Of a stretch of 64,000 nt of DNA, positions 13,060-26,367 are shown one piece after another (positions within the stretch are counted from its first letter, which is position 1; each line of letters opens with the position of its first letter). Location of the stretch: assembly GCA_001949185.1 (NCBI GenBank), contig BDGG01000003.1:5329092-5393091 (forward strand), written 5' to 3'. The notes under the pieces were generated by a model. The model was not told the DNA's origin. It saw nothing but the letters and a program-made list of their open reading frames with translations, and did not search any database. Source of the DNA: Ramazzottius varieornatus (lineage: Eukaryota; Animalia; Tardigrada). The position numbers and the translations under genes are program-made.

Positions 13060-16000
13060 CCTATATTTAAGCCAGAGCGACACCCCCAACACCGACACGG
13101 GCGATGGTCACCCCAAGCACAACCACAGCGCGAGAAACCACATTGATATTAGGAAGCTCTTTACAAAGTTTGACGAATGTACCGCGCGTAAGCATTGCTC
13201 CTCCATCGACCGGCTAACGTGATGTGGTCAATCGGTATGCCAGATGCACAGGACGACGTTGCTGCGCCTATGCGAAAACTGTGCGACGGAAAATTCGACC
13301 CAAGAAACCGTATTAGCCAAAAGTTTAGATGCTGTCGAGTAAAAAATTTTCCCGATTCAAAGATTCCCGATTCAAAAATAAAGCAAGATGAATCGGGAAA
13401 ATTGGAATGTTTTCCAATTTTCTAGAAATGACATATTTTGAGAAAGAACGAACGGGCCAAGAAGAAGGGCCAGTGGCAGCTAACTTGCCTATACAGGAAA
13501 TCCAGTACAGTTGGTTTTGTCCTGCTTGATGCAAAGGCGGAGATAGCCGGAGGAGATCCAAATATCCGACAAGGATAGGGGGTGAGTGAGGCAGCTTTGG
13601 GAATAGCTTGTGTACTCCGACACACGCAAGTAACCAAAAAAGGCTAAGTTGAATGCTGACCAGAGCATGATGTTGTCGTATTTGTCCAGTTTTCTCTCGC
13701 TTTCGAGCCAGGCGATAGGTGGATTAAGAGTCAGTACCCGGTCTGGCCACCTGTATTGGAACCACTGGTTACCGCAAATCGCACCACACCATATCGAACC
13801 CGCTGCATCAGTGAACAAAGACAACCGAGACGCAGGGGTCCACGTTCGAGAAACGAAGCTGCACCATTCCAAAGTGGCAGAAACTGCTTCCACCATTCCA
13901 AGTCTGCCTTGAACCCTTGGTTGAGATGAATGGTATGGTCTAAACTTCGGAATTTGTGGGCTAAACCAAGCATCCGACGCAGAAGTATCCGCCCCGCGGG
14001 TATGCATTTCGTGATTGAACTGATTTTCCCCATCAAACTCAAAAGTTGACGCTTGGTTGCCCTTGGTCGATGGTCACAAAGTGAAAATTTTATCTTTAGT
14101 CCGTCTATTTTCTGCTGAGGCACATGTAACGTTTGTTTGACACTGTCAATCCCCACTCCAAGAAAAGTTAAGCTGGTTGAAGGACCCTCTGTCTTCTCGT
14201 CGGCTAACAGTACCCAAGGTCTTCGCACAGTTGCTTCATGTATAACATGGCTTGGTGACACTTCTCTTCCGAATCACAGACGACAAAGAAATCGTCCATG
14301 TAGTGCACCCAGTCAACTATCGGACCGTTGTGTATCAGCAGCCATTTGACGAACTCTGACAGACGGTTGAAGATCGCTGGTGACGATCGTAACCCGTTGT
14401 CAAAGAAATATCCAGTCCAGCCAATAGGTTCCAGTCCTCTTTGCGAACTGGAATTGGCCTGAACGTACTTTTAACATCCATCTTAGCTATGAAAGCTCCT
14501 TTCCCACTCTTGCTAACTAGCGCTACTGCTTCATCAATATTAGAGAATTTCGATGTAAACGCGTCTGCTGAAATATGGTCATTAACCGAATTTCCGAAGG
14601 GACGAGAAAGATCCATAATCAAACGAGCGCCGCCCATTTTCTTTGGTCTAACACCAAGCGAAGACAAGACGAAGTTTGGTAAGATGGGAGTGGGAAAAGG
14701 ACCCGCTGTGTGCTTGGCCTCGATTTCTTTCATGATGTACTTGGCTATTACATCCGGATGATGGTCCGCGGTTTTAGCATTGTTTGTGAAACGTGCTAAA
14801 GCCGGGCCAAGATAGCCAATGCTAAACCCGTTTGTCAAGCCATTACAGAAGTGTTGAACTGCATGTTTATCGGGATAGTGTTGTAGAAGAAAGGAGAAAC
14901 GTTGAGGTTTGAGAGGTGTGGAACTACTGGCCGGGATCAGGGTCAACACCCGTATTGTGAAAGGCTGCTCTATGCTCTCTGAAAAAAACATACATCGCAG
15001 AGATGCAACCGACCATCGAGACACCCCGGGATTTCACAATAACCAAGATTATAAGCCTGACAGATTTCAGCGCTGGGCGATGTACCTCAATACTGCTTTT
15101 TGGTTTCGTAACTAACAGAAACAGGCTTCTGAGGGTTCGACCATCCGAAAGGAGCTTGTGGGAAACCGAATCCCGTTCCTTGGCTACTACTACCCGCTGT
15201 AACGCTAAACGGTGACGCTTGGTAGCCATAGCCACGATCCGGATATGGGTAGCGAGGGACGAATGGCTGTTGGAATGGAAAAGGATCCCTGGGTAGCAAC
15301 CGTCTCGGGCAAGCGGGCAGAAGATGGTTGGTGTCGCCGCATCCGTAGCAAGCACGCATTGGGCGACCGGAAATGGTAGCAGAGGTCGTAGTGGTGGAAG
15401 GACCCTGGTTACTGTTGCCTTGTCCGGTTGAAGAACCTTGAGATGCCTGTGGGTAGTCAAGCAAAACGTCAACCATAGGACGATGTCATGATGCAGCCAG
15501 TCCGAAGGGTTAGTTCCCGGCTGAGTCATATTTAGGCGGAATTGGATATCATAAGCTTGCCAGGTAGCTAAGGGAAACTGTTTGGACAGCTTTCGGATCA
15601 CATTGATGTATCCAACCATTGGAGAATTCCGGGGCGTAGTAGCCACGAAAACGGGAGAACAGAGAGAACGCTTCCAACCAATCGTCAAAAGATCGAATAC
15701 GACGCTTTTCTGAACCTTCAGCTCCGCGACCGCGACCCGTTGAAGTTGCGGGTCGTTCGATTTCACTGAACTTGGCCCGGTTTTGAGGCAGGCAATTCTC
15801 CAGGTCGACATACTCACAAGGGTTCTGTAACTTGGCCAAAAGTGCGGGCTCGAGAACGGCCAGGTGAAGGTCAGCTGGAGGAAGAGGTAGGACCTGAGCG
15901 GGCTTGGAGCTAGATGCGATGACGGGCGCGGAAGATGGTGCATCGACAGTTGAATCTTCGAGCACAGTGACGGATGGTGCGCGTGTTGATCCGAGCAGAA

Positions 16001-16400
16001 TAGGCTTAGATAATACGGCGGTTATTGTTGTTGACGTGGAAACAGGTGCACGAAGAGAGTTGGAGACCTCAACACGGAGTTGGCGAACTTCGTTTTGGAG
16101 TGCACACCAGTCCTCGGACGATGGTTGGAGATTGCTGGAGCTGGCGGACACCGAGTCCATAAGAGCCCGTGCCACTCGTGGGGCGTTTGAGCCTGTGTTG
16201 GACCTCCGGAAGCGTTGACGAGCCGGAGCCGGAGCCTTCGCCTTAGCGCGCGTCTTGCGTTTGCGACGTGAAGAAACCGTAGGGACTAGAGGATCAGGTT
16301 AGTCATCAGCCGTAGGTCGGTGAATCCTGGTTCGGCGAACTACAGGCTCTGTGTCAGAGTCTGAAGAAAGCCAGGCCATGCCGACGTTCATGTATCAAAA
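13060..16400 (-). mobile_element. Decayed DIRS/Ngaro-type tyrosine-recombinase retrotransposon
   Basis: Gag-like region with CCHC knuckle CYGCGDTNHLLPAC. RT motifs GARLIMDLS, KMDVKSTFR and HYMDDF (~14275). RNase H LFTDAAG. YR motifs AFFGYLRVSE and HSFRIGAAT...GRWRSNAYARYIR (~13170-13285). Multiple stops and frameshifts. Confidence 0.95.
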
Positions 16401-18557
16401 CTGGACACAAGTATCCAAACACAGATATTGAGAACCAAAGTACCAAAGACCAAATTGATGACAAAATGCGACCGAACACAAGTATTCAAACTGCCGACTG
16501 ACATTCGTGAACTGACAACGTGAATTCCCAAGCAACTACACCAAAACTACAACGCCACTACCACTCGAAGAAATCGTTGAAGTACGTACCGGTGCGCCAA
16601 TGTACGTTTAGCGCTAAAGTCGCTAACGAACTTTTTACACCTCAGATCCTTCTCCTTTGATCAAAACTAGGACCCCACAGTGAAATTCGTCTAACCAAAC
16701 ATTTTCGCCGCTCTTTCATTGTGTTCACCGTTTCTCACCTCGGTGGAAAATGGACTATCAAACGGTGAAGATTTATATTTTTTTCACCCTAACAACTAAA
16801 AAACATCAGTTTTTAAATCGGTTTCAGATTTCATCCCATTATGTCGTCTCATTATGTCATCTCATCATATCGTCTCAGATTTCGTCTCATCAATGAGACG
16901 AAATCTGAAACTGTTCTAGAAACTGGTTTTTCAGCATCACACTGAAACCAGGTACAACACTGGTGTGCGACTGCAGAGAGTTTCAAATATCCGATCCGAC
17001 TGTACATTGGATTTCTGAGTGCGTTTTTCGAGAGAGTGCTAAAAAGCATTCGCAACTTCCCCATGAAAAGAAACTAGATTCGGATTAGACCGCACTAGGA
17101 GATCCTGGTGTCAGTAGCTGTATATGATGTTAGTCTCCTAAATTGCTCATTTGTGCGCTCCATGCGTGCAACTCCATTCTGACTAATTAGTCAATCTACA
17201 GTCCATCCAGAGATGGTTACTTGAATGACTAAAATTTGGATCAACTTTTTCTTTTGCTTGGTTAGTAGATTTTCTTGACATTGTATCGATCTGACTGATT
17301 GATGGTTTGATTGACTTCCATCAGTTTTTGATGATTCGCTCCACGCACATTGATGATCAGATTCACCCGGATTGATGACTGGGACAACCGACTCGGTTCG
17401 CTCTTTCGTCGAAAGGCCTTCGTCCAAGTCGGTGGCCGACTGACAAGCTGTTATGTCAAGTGGCGGTCTAACATGACAGTCTGACAGTTGACCACGCTAT
17501 GTCAGATCACTTCCCGACATGCTTGGTGTGCGCCACTTAGACAGGGCTTCCAACCACCTTTCCCGAAACCACAACCCATCCGCTATACGCTCGTTAGAAA
17601 GATTGCTCGATTCGTTCTAATGTCAACTTTTCAACTAAAAGCAGAAGTACTCAGTCATGAAAGAAAACAGTTTTTCATATTCGCTAAGGAAAAGCCCATT
17701 GGCCTTTGTCGCAAATACTAGTATTCGGTTCAGTGCGCCTAGAGAGCACTCTCGACTCTCGGACCAAGGTACAGTATTTTGTTGAGGAAGCCAAGCTGGC
17801 TGGAAAATGAGCTTTTTATATTCTAGCTGTTCATCTTGATCAGTCAAATGAGTGTATAAATTTTGAAACTGGAGAGTGCGACCGAAAGCCAGACAGTACC
17901 TTTGCCACTTTTTACAGCCGCGTGGTGTTGAGTTTCTCTGGTTGATGATAGTTCTCGGTTAGAAGATCACAAGTTGAGCTCTGCTTGCCGTCACGGCAGT
18001 TTGCAGCATCCAGACTTCCAGCGTTTATTAAGAAGCAGCAGAATTCCCGTCGCAGTCTAGTCAGGTGCTTGCCAGGCGCTCCCTACATGTCCTACAGCGC
18101 TTAAAGAATGGCAGCGCCACGAAACATCGAGAGTCGAGATAGGGATCAAGGACAGCAAGCTAACGTGGAGGGAGGTGGTCGGTTGCCATAACCAATGGGA
18201 ACTGACGAAACTCCATCGTCTAGAAATTCACACGCCCAAAGTTTTGCGCGTGCATCAGCCACCTAGGTACAAGCGAACGGCATGCGCTAAGTCACGTGTG
18301 CACCGGTTGAGAAAAGTGTATTGTGGGTACCTAGCCGGCCCGAACGGAAGTAGGGAGTACACTTCGCTCGATACTTTGCTAGGTCCTTTTCTTTCTTGGG
18401 TCGTGTGAAAACACTCATAGATATGAAAACCCGAATGAAATCAATATATAAAGGGGGAAAGCCACCATCACATAAAGCGATGCGTGTCAGATTTTGTGAT
18501 CTGTCGGATGTTTTTTCACAGTGCAGACGGGGGAGTGCGACAAACGTTTTGTAAATT

Positions 18558-21440
18558 ATGCCCCGATTACTAGTCAGCGATTTTCATCACCTACTAATAC
18601 TTCTGTGTATACTTTCTATTTCACATAGCCCGAGGTCCTTTGCTCAAAGCCTCCTTAGTCCTCTTCGTGTCGAACTGATTCTGCCCACTACCGTGCACGC
18701 CAAATATCCCGCTAACATTTGTGAAATTGGGTCAGCTATCAACTGGGCGGTTGGACATGCGAACGCGAAGTACTCGCAGGAACTCGATTTGACCTTCAAA
18801 TACCTGGAGCAGCGTGATGTCAAAAGCTGTGAGGATTTGACTAGTGATATGAGCATTATGCTATCCCGCTATTACTACAGTCCGAACCGAGAGAAGAAAA
18901 TTGCAGTTTTCGGACCGTTCGACGGTATGTACCGTAGAATCAGAATCAATCCGCACAAACCAAAGCGACAAAAGAGCCTGTGCGCGGTCACGGGCAATAT
19001 TACACAATTTATTATTCTTCTACAGGATGTACGGAAGGTCTAAGCTTGATGCAAATGTCGGCGGGTAAGAAAACTACGTTGACATGAGAGCATGCAGAGG
19101 ACCTGTGCACACTATGTGGTCTGTTTATTGTAGGTTGGAACAGTTTGGCGATATTAGGGTAGGTACGAGTCGAAAAAAAGGATAGACTGATGGACCGAAG
19201 TGGGTATAGTAATCAGCCGTGTTACAGAGCGGCAACAATGGACAAGTCAATGTCAATTCAATACTCAAACTTCATCCTGACCAGCGGGCTCGACGTGGTC
19301 AGCCTGACAACACACTTTATCGTGGCCCTGCGAACATACCAATGGACAACCTGCTTCCTCGTCCTGGATGCCGGCGACACCACGAAGTCGACGGGGGGTG
19401 GCAGTGGTCTAGCAACGGTAGTGGCCGGTGTCCATGCGATGGGTCAGGCTATCGGAGGCAATGTCCTGCTTAGATTTATAAATTCAAGTCAGTCCCAAGA
19501 GGAATTCGGACACAGCACCCGGTTACTGCTCAAAGAAGTGCAGTCTACTGCTCGTGGTATGTAACTGTTCACCACTTTACTGCATTTATGTAAATTACAG
19601 GCCTACGCAGTTCGTTTTGTAGTTCTCTCACTTGGTATCCGACCGGAATCTCTCAGGCGTTTCATGGTAATAGCTTTAGTGCTCTTTCCTTGTGCGCCAA
19701 TGCTGTCAAAGCCTAAACTTTTTGACGAATAGTCTTTGCAGATCGCGGCCTTTTCGGCAAATATGACCAACGGCGACTACGTAATTATTCAGAACTTTAA
19801 ACGAGCCTGTCATGCTTAAGACTTAATTTGATCGTGACTGGTGGTGTGGTGGCAGGTTTTCTTTGGTCTTAACCTCGGTACGGAAGGGTCGGACTGGGGA
19901 TTCGTACAATGGCAAAAAGGCGACGAAGACGATGAGGTACTTGCAATTGTGGTGAACCAGTAGCGAAATCTCAGTGCGTTCCATGTATGGCCCTCAAAGG
20001 GTAACCTGATCCGTTAACGTGTTTACAAGTTGACTGGATCCGGTCTAGATTCGGCTGGTAACGGATATGACTGATTACAGATGGTGTTCCGCGCCTACCG
20101 TTCTTTGTTGTTACAATCACCCCTCATTCCGGGACAAAATGACGACACAAAAAGGTTCCTGGCTGATTTGAAAGAGCGGGCCTTGAAGGACACGCCGCCG
20201 GAGTGCAACAGGACAACCTTCACTGGACAGGTGAGTTATCTCAATTACCCATTTCCGCATGTAGCCGTAAAAGAACTCACATTTTATTGCAATGTAAGTG
20301 TCATTATCGGTTGATAAGGACCTCTGGATTTTAGGGCTACGCCTTTTCTGTGTCCGCTTACATCGCCACCAATATCCTTGCTCAAGTAGATATCACGACA
20401 CTTTCCCTTGTTTGCCTGTACAAGTCATCTAATGAAAACCGTTCCTCTTGTATAGGTCCTATCCCAGATCATGAATTCCAAATCGTCAGCAGCTGTAGAA
20501 AGGCTTCAAACGCTGGGGTCTTCCCCGTTGGTTGAGTACTTTCGAAATCGAAGCTTTCAAACACCGGCTGGTACGGTCTACTTTGACCAAACGGGAGCGC
20601 GACGCAGCCCAATGAGCATTAGTCAGTACGACCCTATGACGCGTCAGTTGACAGTATGAAATTGACCTTTTGCTGCCTTTCCCAGTCATCTATGCAGTAT
20701 AATAACAGTGAGGGTTTCATAATTAATAGGTCATATGGACAGCGAGCCCGCTGAAATTTGGCATGGAGCAAGTGCATGAACCCATGTGGCTGTTGGGGCA
20801 CGCCCCACCCAACGCACCACCCTGCGGATTTAATGGAGAACTCTGCCAAGAACAAAGCAGTAAGTACAGTAAGGTCTCCCACCCATCTATTACCTCAGGC
20901 ACTCAAGCTTCTCCACACCACCGCCAACATATTTGTACAAGCTTGAGTACGCGTGCGTGACGTAGTATGTACTTGTGGGGGACCGTAGTATACATACCTG
21001 TTGGGTTATAACCTTACGTGGATGGGTTCCGGGAGATGGCGTCCCGCCTGAAAGAATGGCGAGTCAGTCGGTCCCTACATATGTTATAGGTGGAACGATG
21101 GTTCGTATTGGATCATCGGTAGCTGCGGCTGTGATACTACTGATAGGCGCAGCAACTGCACTGGAATGGAGAAGGTAAGCGTAAGTTGCATCCTGCGCTC
21201 GTTAGGCCTGCTATACAAGGATGACCACGTCAACAAGTACGAGGCTAATTTTGGCTTCCCAGGAAACGTTATCGGGACGTCTTTCTGAGTTTTCTGCTGG
21301 AACAGCCACTTGGTGAACATAGATCGAAGCTACCGTCATAAGCCTTGCTCTCCACCGTTAGATGGAAGAGGGATGCGCACCAGAGCACGAAGAATCTCTT
21401 CAAGAAAGTAATGCGGCGCCGTGATATCCTGACATCTTAA
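18558..21440 (+). CDS. Natriuretic-peptide-receptor-like membrane protein: ANF-receptor ectodomain, TM helix and short tail (about 13 exons)
   Basis: Signal peptide. GT-AG splicing gives FGP..C, WN, TARV...LRRFM, MTNGDYVF, WQKGDEDDE, FRAYRSLL, NRSFQTPAGTVYFDQTGAR, W..GHAPPNAPPCGFNGELC, then TM VAAAVILLIGAA. The inferred last exon ends at TAA 21438-21440. Confidence 0.85.
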
Positions 21441-23272
21441 TTCACTTCCCAGCAAGGCTAAAGCAAAATCTTGGTTCTTGGGACGGTGCTGAGTTCCTAA
21501 CGTTAGAATGACCTGTTGCTTTGTAACCACACTGGGCTGATTTTGCTGTAACTGAAAGCACTAAAACGTTATCAATTCGTACAATTGATATACCGCAGAA
21601 GAATCTTGTGACAGCTAAGAAAGCATCACACTAAAAAATGTAAACACCGGATAGCAAAAAATAATCATTCGCCCAAATATCGAAGTGGACTGTTTCCTAG
21701 CTGCAGATACCACTGCTCAACCAAAGCTCCCGCTTGGAAGGCAACGTGCACATGGCATCGACGTTCACCTCCACTGGTCTAAATTCTTGCCCGCTCTCGC
21801 GGCGTTCTCCCCTGTATGTCTTGGTGAAAGGTCGTCAAGGGCTTCCCTGACGTCGAGAGTGTAATCCAGATCCTATAGAGTATCTTGCAGTTCTCCAGGT
21901 AACCGGAACGCTGGTGAGAGACCTAGATAAAGTCGAACGGGCATCGCTTGGCTTTGAACGGCCAAAGTAAGTCAGTACAAGAAGAAAAGGACAGAGAAAC
22001 AACATCCCCCTGCAAGTCTTGTCCGTGATAAGACCACCGAAGTCCTGTTCGAGAATACAGTAAAAAGGACGCGAAAGTGATAGTTCTACCGCCTGGAAAA
22101 CAATATAGTGTCCAACGATGGGTAAATTAACATGAAAAGGGAACGCCTTTTTTAGGGCGTACAGTCAATCAGCACCGGCCGATGGGGAAAGAGGGATACA
22201 TTTAGTCGTCGGTTTCCAGCAAGATACAGATTTTTTGTGGCGAGGGTATGGGTCTCTGTTGTCTCTCTTTGAGGTACTGTATTCCTCCAGTAATCTCCGT
22301 ACGTTACTAAAGCCATTTCTACCACAACGTACTGATAAGGTCGCGGTGTGCGCCCACGGTGGCGAAGCTGTGTCGTCATCGGACTTACTCAAGCGCGCGT
22401 GCAATTAATCGTTCTATAGGTGAGGTTTGCTTTGAACGAGCAATCAGCTGATCGCAAAATCATGCACTAAATGATGTCATACACTGACATGGATCAGTGT
22501 CTGAGTGCCACGCTCATTCCCTAACAGAATTACTGGCTGCACCATACGGAGAGAATACAGTACGTAAAGTCCGTGCTTTTTCATTTGTCAAAGTGTTAAG
22601 GTGTCTAATACATAAGTTGGGCGTAAAGGACTGACAAAAACCGTACACTCCATGCATGGTCTGCGATCAAAAGCGTTTCTTATCGGACGCAGCAGCTCAC
22701 TGCTGTTTCAGCTACTTTCAACTCAATCGGAGCCCACAGCTCACTGTATTTACCAGCATAAGATGAAGCTAGCAGTGAAGGTTCAGCGAATTCCAAATAT
22801 GACGGACTTTACCGCATTGTGGAACCGGGGACTGATGACGTTGTAGAGGAATGGGTTCACGGCTGCCGACAAGTAGATCATACTCTTGGCAAACAGAAGG
22901 AACTAGAGATCGAGCCATTGCTCTAAAGCAACCATGTTGTAGATTAGCAAACCGCGGAAGGGAAGCCAGGTGACTGCAAAGAGCACGACCGTCACCACCA
23001 GCAAACGTAGACCCTAAAATTACAGCATCTGGTCAAAGCTGATTGGTAAGCAAATCCTTTCGAGTGCTTGTGGTGGGATCTATATCCGTAAACCCGGTCA
23101 AAAGTAAACCACAGAAAACTGGTGAAGTCTTTCTGAATAATCTTAAACCAAGATTCGTTCACCAGATTTCTAACACCGGTTCGGCCTCAAGAACCTGGTG
23201 GCTCAATGGCTGACTTGGCTCATGGAATTGCGTAACAGTACTGGAGGTGGGTTTATTAACAATTTTTCACAC

Positions 23273-23785
23273 AAGGATTACGCCTACCGTTAAATCCTGA
23301 CGCTCAAATCGACATCGCAGGAAGACAGAGGAGAGTTTCCTCTGTAGACTGAGCCGTGATCTAGTCAAAAGAAAAGTCCTGGATACTGCGGGATTCGGAA
23401 TTTACGACTCCCAGTCGCTACATTGAAGTCAGGCTCTTTGATTGAGATTTTAAGGCTCTTTGATTGAAAATTGCTTGGCCAATCAGCTGTTTTTTAGATT
23501 GGAACTGGACGGCGCGCTATCATGGACTAATAATGTGTTCTGGTACACCGTTCTGTACCACAGCGACAAAACAGCTGATCGGCTGAACAATTTTGGGCTC
23601 AATCAAAACCACGATCAAAGAGCCTTACGTTACTGCGGCGACTGGGAGTCGTAAAGTACGAATCCCGCAGTATCATCCACCAGTTTCTTTTGAATAGGTC
23701 TACGGCTCAATCTGTAAAGGAAACTCTCCTCTACCTTCCTGCGACGTGTATCTGAGCGTCAGGGTCTAACGGCTGGCGTCATCCC
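23273..23785. mobile_element. Foldback element with ~145-bp imperfect inverted arms inside GPCR copy 1
   Basis: 23273-23418 (cctgacgctca, gaggagagtttcc, gatactgcgggattcg, tttacgactcccagtcgc) pairs with 23638-23785. Confidence 0.85.
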
Positions 23786-24389
23786 CTCATCAGCACAATT
23801 AATCTCGAAGAAAGCCCAGCCTAAGCGTGAAACTAACGTCGAATATATGTTGAACCACCAGTGGCACTTTTTGACTTTTGGTCGGGAACAAAGTCGGTAA
23901 ATCATTTCCGGCAGGTGAAATCTCTGGACACTTTTCACAGCCTAACACCTGTAAGTTAGGGGCTCGCGCCGTTTCATCTCGAGGAAGCCTGGTGGTCCTT
24001 TTTGATGGGGGAAGGTGTTGTGTCGGAGCCGTAAGGCCTTCCTCTTGGTTCTCAGAAGGAACGCTGGCACGAAGGATTTTAAATTGTCGATGTTCGTACG
24101 TCATCATTAAGGCAAAGTCCCGGGCATTTTTCTTCAAGACGTGGGCGATCTTATAGCAACCAATTACGCCGGCCAGTAGGGGTAGAAGATAGAAAAAGAG
24201 AAGATCGCTAATAAACAGCTAAAGATCGTCAAGTACAGTCCGTGGGAGAGGTGCAGCTCGCATTGATCCAATTGAGGATGAAGCTCGTGCTTTTGAAGAG
24301 CCGTTAATCCCAGCCTAATAAAGAAAAGATGCATGATTCAGATTGCGACCATTAGCGTATTACATTTTCTCACGATCAAGCAACTATAT

Positions 24390-24869
24390 TAATCCTCCTC
24401 ACAACGAGCTGTTTATGTCGCAGACGGTTGATTTAAAATTTGAGTTTGCTTGATCAACGGAAATTAGTCGTGAGGCAAAACTGCGTTTTCCGAAAGTCTC
24501 GGAAACGTGAGCGAAGATGCGCGAGTTTTGCGGGGTAGGTCTGTAGGCTAACTTTGCCTCCTGACTAGGCTGAAATTCATGGTTTTCTCTCTGGCTAGTC
24601 TCTGTCTGTCGATATCCCCGACACTAATAGGTATCAAGAAGCCCATACGTGAAACGGTATCTCGCAACGTGAAGCACTGTGCAGACAGAGATCAGCTGAG
24701 AAACGAAAATTTGAAATTTTGAGTCAAGCGTGCAGAGAATAATCCGTTTTCGCTTTGAAGATAAGCTACTCGAGGGCTGCTTATCAGAGTCTTGAAAGCG
24801 AAACTTCGTAATCCACTTTCAAGATCAACACAATCAACGGAATTTTACGGCCTGTCGTGAGGAGGACTA
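24390..24869. mobile_element. Intronic TIR element
   Basis: taatcctcctcacaac ... gtcgtgaggaggacta. No clear TSD. Confidence 0.5.
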
Positions 24870-26367
24870 TTGTATCAGGTGTTGATCTTATTGGAAGGCG
24901 GCGCTTTCGACTTGATGCGAAATACAATCTTGACCGGGGGTAGGCTTCCCAGAATCAAAGGAATTGTTTTGTCATTCTATTATGCATGGGTCGCCGACTC
25001 GTCGCTCTGGTCAACAAAGGGTGCATTGTAGGCATACATCAGACATCTTGGGCGACTGAAATCTACGTGGCCGCATACCATGTTCTCCCGTCTTCAGACA
25101 ACCTTAGGAATGGCTAGAGGCACATTGTACAAGCTTACCACGGACTGCAGTAGACAGAGGTGAATATCCAGCAGGCCGCTATGACCTTACGAGTTCGGTA
25201 TATGTTGCAGATCTTTTGAGCCAACAGTGGCCGACAGGCTACCAAGTATCGCTCGATAGTAAAGGCCGCCAAACTGAAAATACAAAACAGTGGCCCACGG
25301 CGGAAACTATTAGGCTTACAGATGACTCCGACTACCTCAAGCTGCCTGCGTTGATACCCAAAAAGTTGCAAAATATGAAGACAGCACATCCGACTTCGCC
25401 GAAAAGCCACTGATTTCCGAAATGCTGATATATCATTGCTTCTGGTACAGCGATAACTATGACAAGCAGGTCTGCCACGGCCAAAGATACCTGCAAACAC
25501 AACGGACCGTCAACAAGCACCCGCAATATACTCGGATGTTCACCTTACCAAATACGCATATGTCGACGTGTGGAGAACTTTCGACTTGTAGACGACAAAG
25601 ATCAGCACAGTGTTTCCCACGAGACCCATGACAAAAACCAGACCGTGGATCAACGAAGATACTACACGGTAAAGAGTGTCCGTTTCGGCGTTATGGTGCT
25701 CTTCCAAGTTATTCCAAGTGTAGTTGTCCATTTGCTTGCAGGTCTCCTTGCTGCTTACGAAGCGCCTAGTGCTGACTAGAGTCATAAGCGGTCACAATTT
25801 TTTCTCGCAGCTCTCTGTCTACGCGAATGTTCTTTAAATCCCAAGCGTCTCCGGGAGATACACCTTCTAATCAGAGCGTCATCGAGACCTCCCTGCAGGG
25901 ATTCTTCGTGCAGCAAGATCTTCGTTTGAACGAGATAAATCGTCGTCAAATACGGCAGATCATTAACAAGTAGCTCAAGGGTGGCTACTTATTCGGAAAC
26001 TGGCGATTAAAATGGGAAAACATCACGATTTGACAGCTGGTTTATTGTATATGCAGAAGATGAGACGATCTTGCTGATGAAGGGCCTTCTTATCTCCTCT
26101 TCGAAGCAAGCAAAACAACGATCGATTTGCAGTGTCCAGTGTCTCAATTGCCCGATGCTTCTAACGTTTTAAAGGATTCGTCGCACCGGGAATTCTCCCG
26201 CCGTAATTAAACCCCGGGCTGAGATTCCCAAATCTTCAGCCATAAGTGTTCGCCAGCTGCCCACCTCTAGACGCACTGGCAGCTCCAGTTTTAAACCGCC
26301 TCGTGCCATTTTCTTCAGTTATTCTCCAGCTGTCTACTTCGAGGCTTACTGCCAGCCAGAGTTTTGA

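Larger units (their letters stand above)
22783..25785 (-). pseudogene. TRH-receptor-like class A GPCR, copy 1 (premature stop before TM7)
   Basis: GLVGN (TM1), SLAVADLL (TM2), FTIERY..CRPL (TM3), YCSPW, LF..FYLPLLA (TM5), FAVTWLPFR (TM6), NPFLYN (TM7). Reads WLDL*FLL (TAG at 22903-22905) where copy 2 reads WLDLWFLL. Confidence 0.85.

Noticed and set aside
14924-16175. Long overlapping ORFs as host genes
   Set aside because: They are frameshifted pieces of the DIRS gag and pol regions.
21670-22004. Minus-strand signal-peptide-like start MLFLCPFLLVLTYFG..., considered as a neuropeptide precursor beside the GPCRs
   Set aside because: Early stop and no repeated amidated peptides or convincing dibasic sites.
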